Origin: Leucoraja ocellata
Lineage: Eukaryota
Assembly: GCA_036785375.1 (NCBI GenBank)
Contig: JAWMAR010000666.1
Coordinates: forward strand, 434,001-498,000
Length of the DNA: 64,000 bases
Direction: 5' to 3'
In this document: piece by piece, positions 63,724 to 64,000 of the stretch
How positions within the stretch are numbered: the first letter of the stretch is position 1
How the letters are laid out: each line of letters starts with the position of its first letter
The notes under the pieces: model-generated
What the model saw: the letters and a program-made list of their open reading frames with translations, nothing else
Databases searched by the model: none
Told to the model about the DNA's origin: nothing
Position numbers and translations under genes: made by a program

Positions 63724-64000
63724 CTGTTATTTCTGGAGACTTCTGTAGCTTTTCTGCACTCTCTTTCCCTTTAACTCCACCCTTACACTTCCAATTTGTT
63801 ACTCTCCACACCCCACTATTTGGTTTGAAGCTCTGTCTACCGCCCTGGCTATAGACTATAGGTACAGGAGTAGGCCATTCGGCCCTTCGAGCCAGCACCG
63901 CCATTCAATGTGATCATGGCTGATCATCCACAATCAGTACCCTGTTCCTGCCTTCTCCCCATATCCCCTGACTCCGCTATCATTAAGAGCTCTATCGAAC

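Overview
Repeat-rich vertebrate DNA, most likely from a cartilaginous fish such as a skate or ray (inferred from HER1-type CR1 LINEs, HE1/V-SINE-like repeats and the style of the B30.2 exon). The core is a butyrophilin-like (BTN/BTNL) locus on the + strand. One complete model can be built from canonical, phase-1-compatible exons: leader 37699-37753, IgV 40576-40923, IgC 42322-42606, TM 43423-43542, 27-nt micro-exons 48216-48242 and 52782-52808, and B30.2 56080-56612 (1395 nt, 464 aa). Upstream lies a second, divergent leader+IgV cassette (24066-24123, 25275-25622) with no IgC or TM of its own. Each leader+IgV cassette is preceded by a near-identical CpG-island module (about 20.55-21.34 kb and 32.0-32.7 kb). 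This suggests alternative 'variable' cassettes spliced to shared 'constant' exons, a V-V-C isoform, or a truncated paralogue. The TM/micro-exon block occurs three times: 1-8155 direct and 3'-truncated, 42.9-50.8 kb, and 59.3-64 kb partly inverted. The window also holds a TDP2-like first exon (- strand), an orphan 495-nt exon, a structurally complete but disabled DIRS1 retrotransposon, two THAP-bearing ISL2EU-like elements, many CR1 copies, Rex1 and Gypsy fragments, Penelope-derived repeats with minimal hammerhead-like cores, and several minisatellites derived from CR1 sequence. All calls come from manual reading; no database searches were run.
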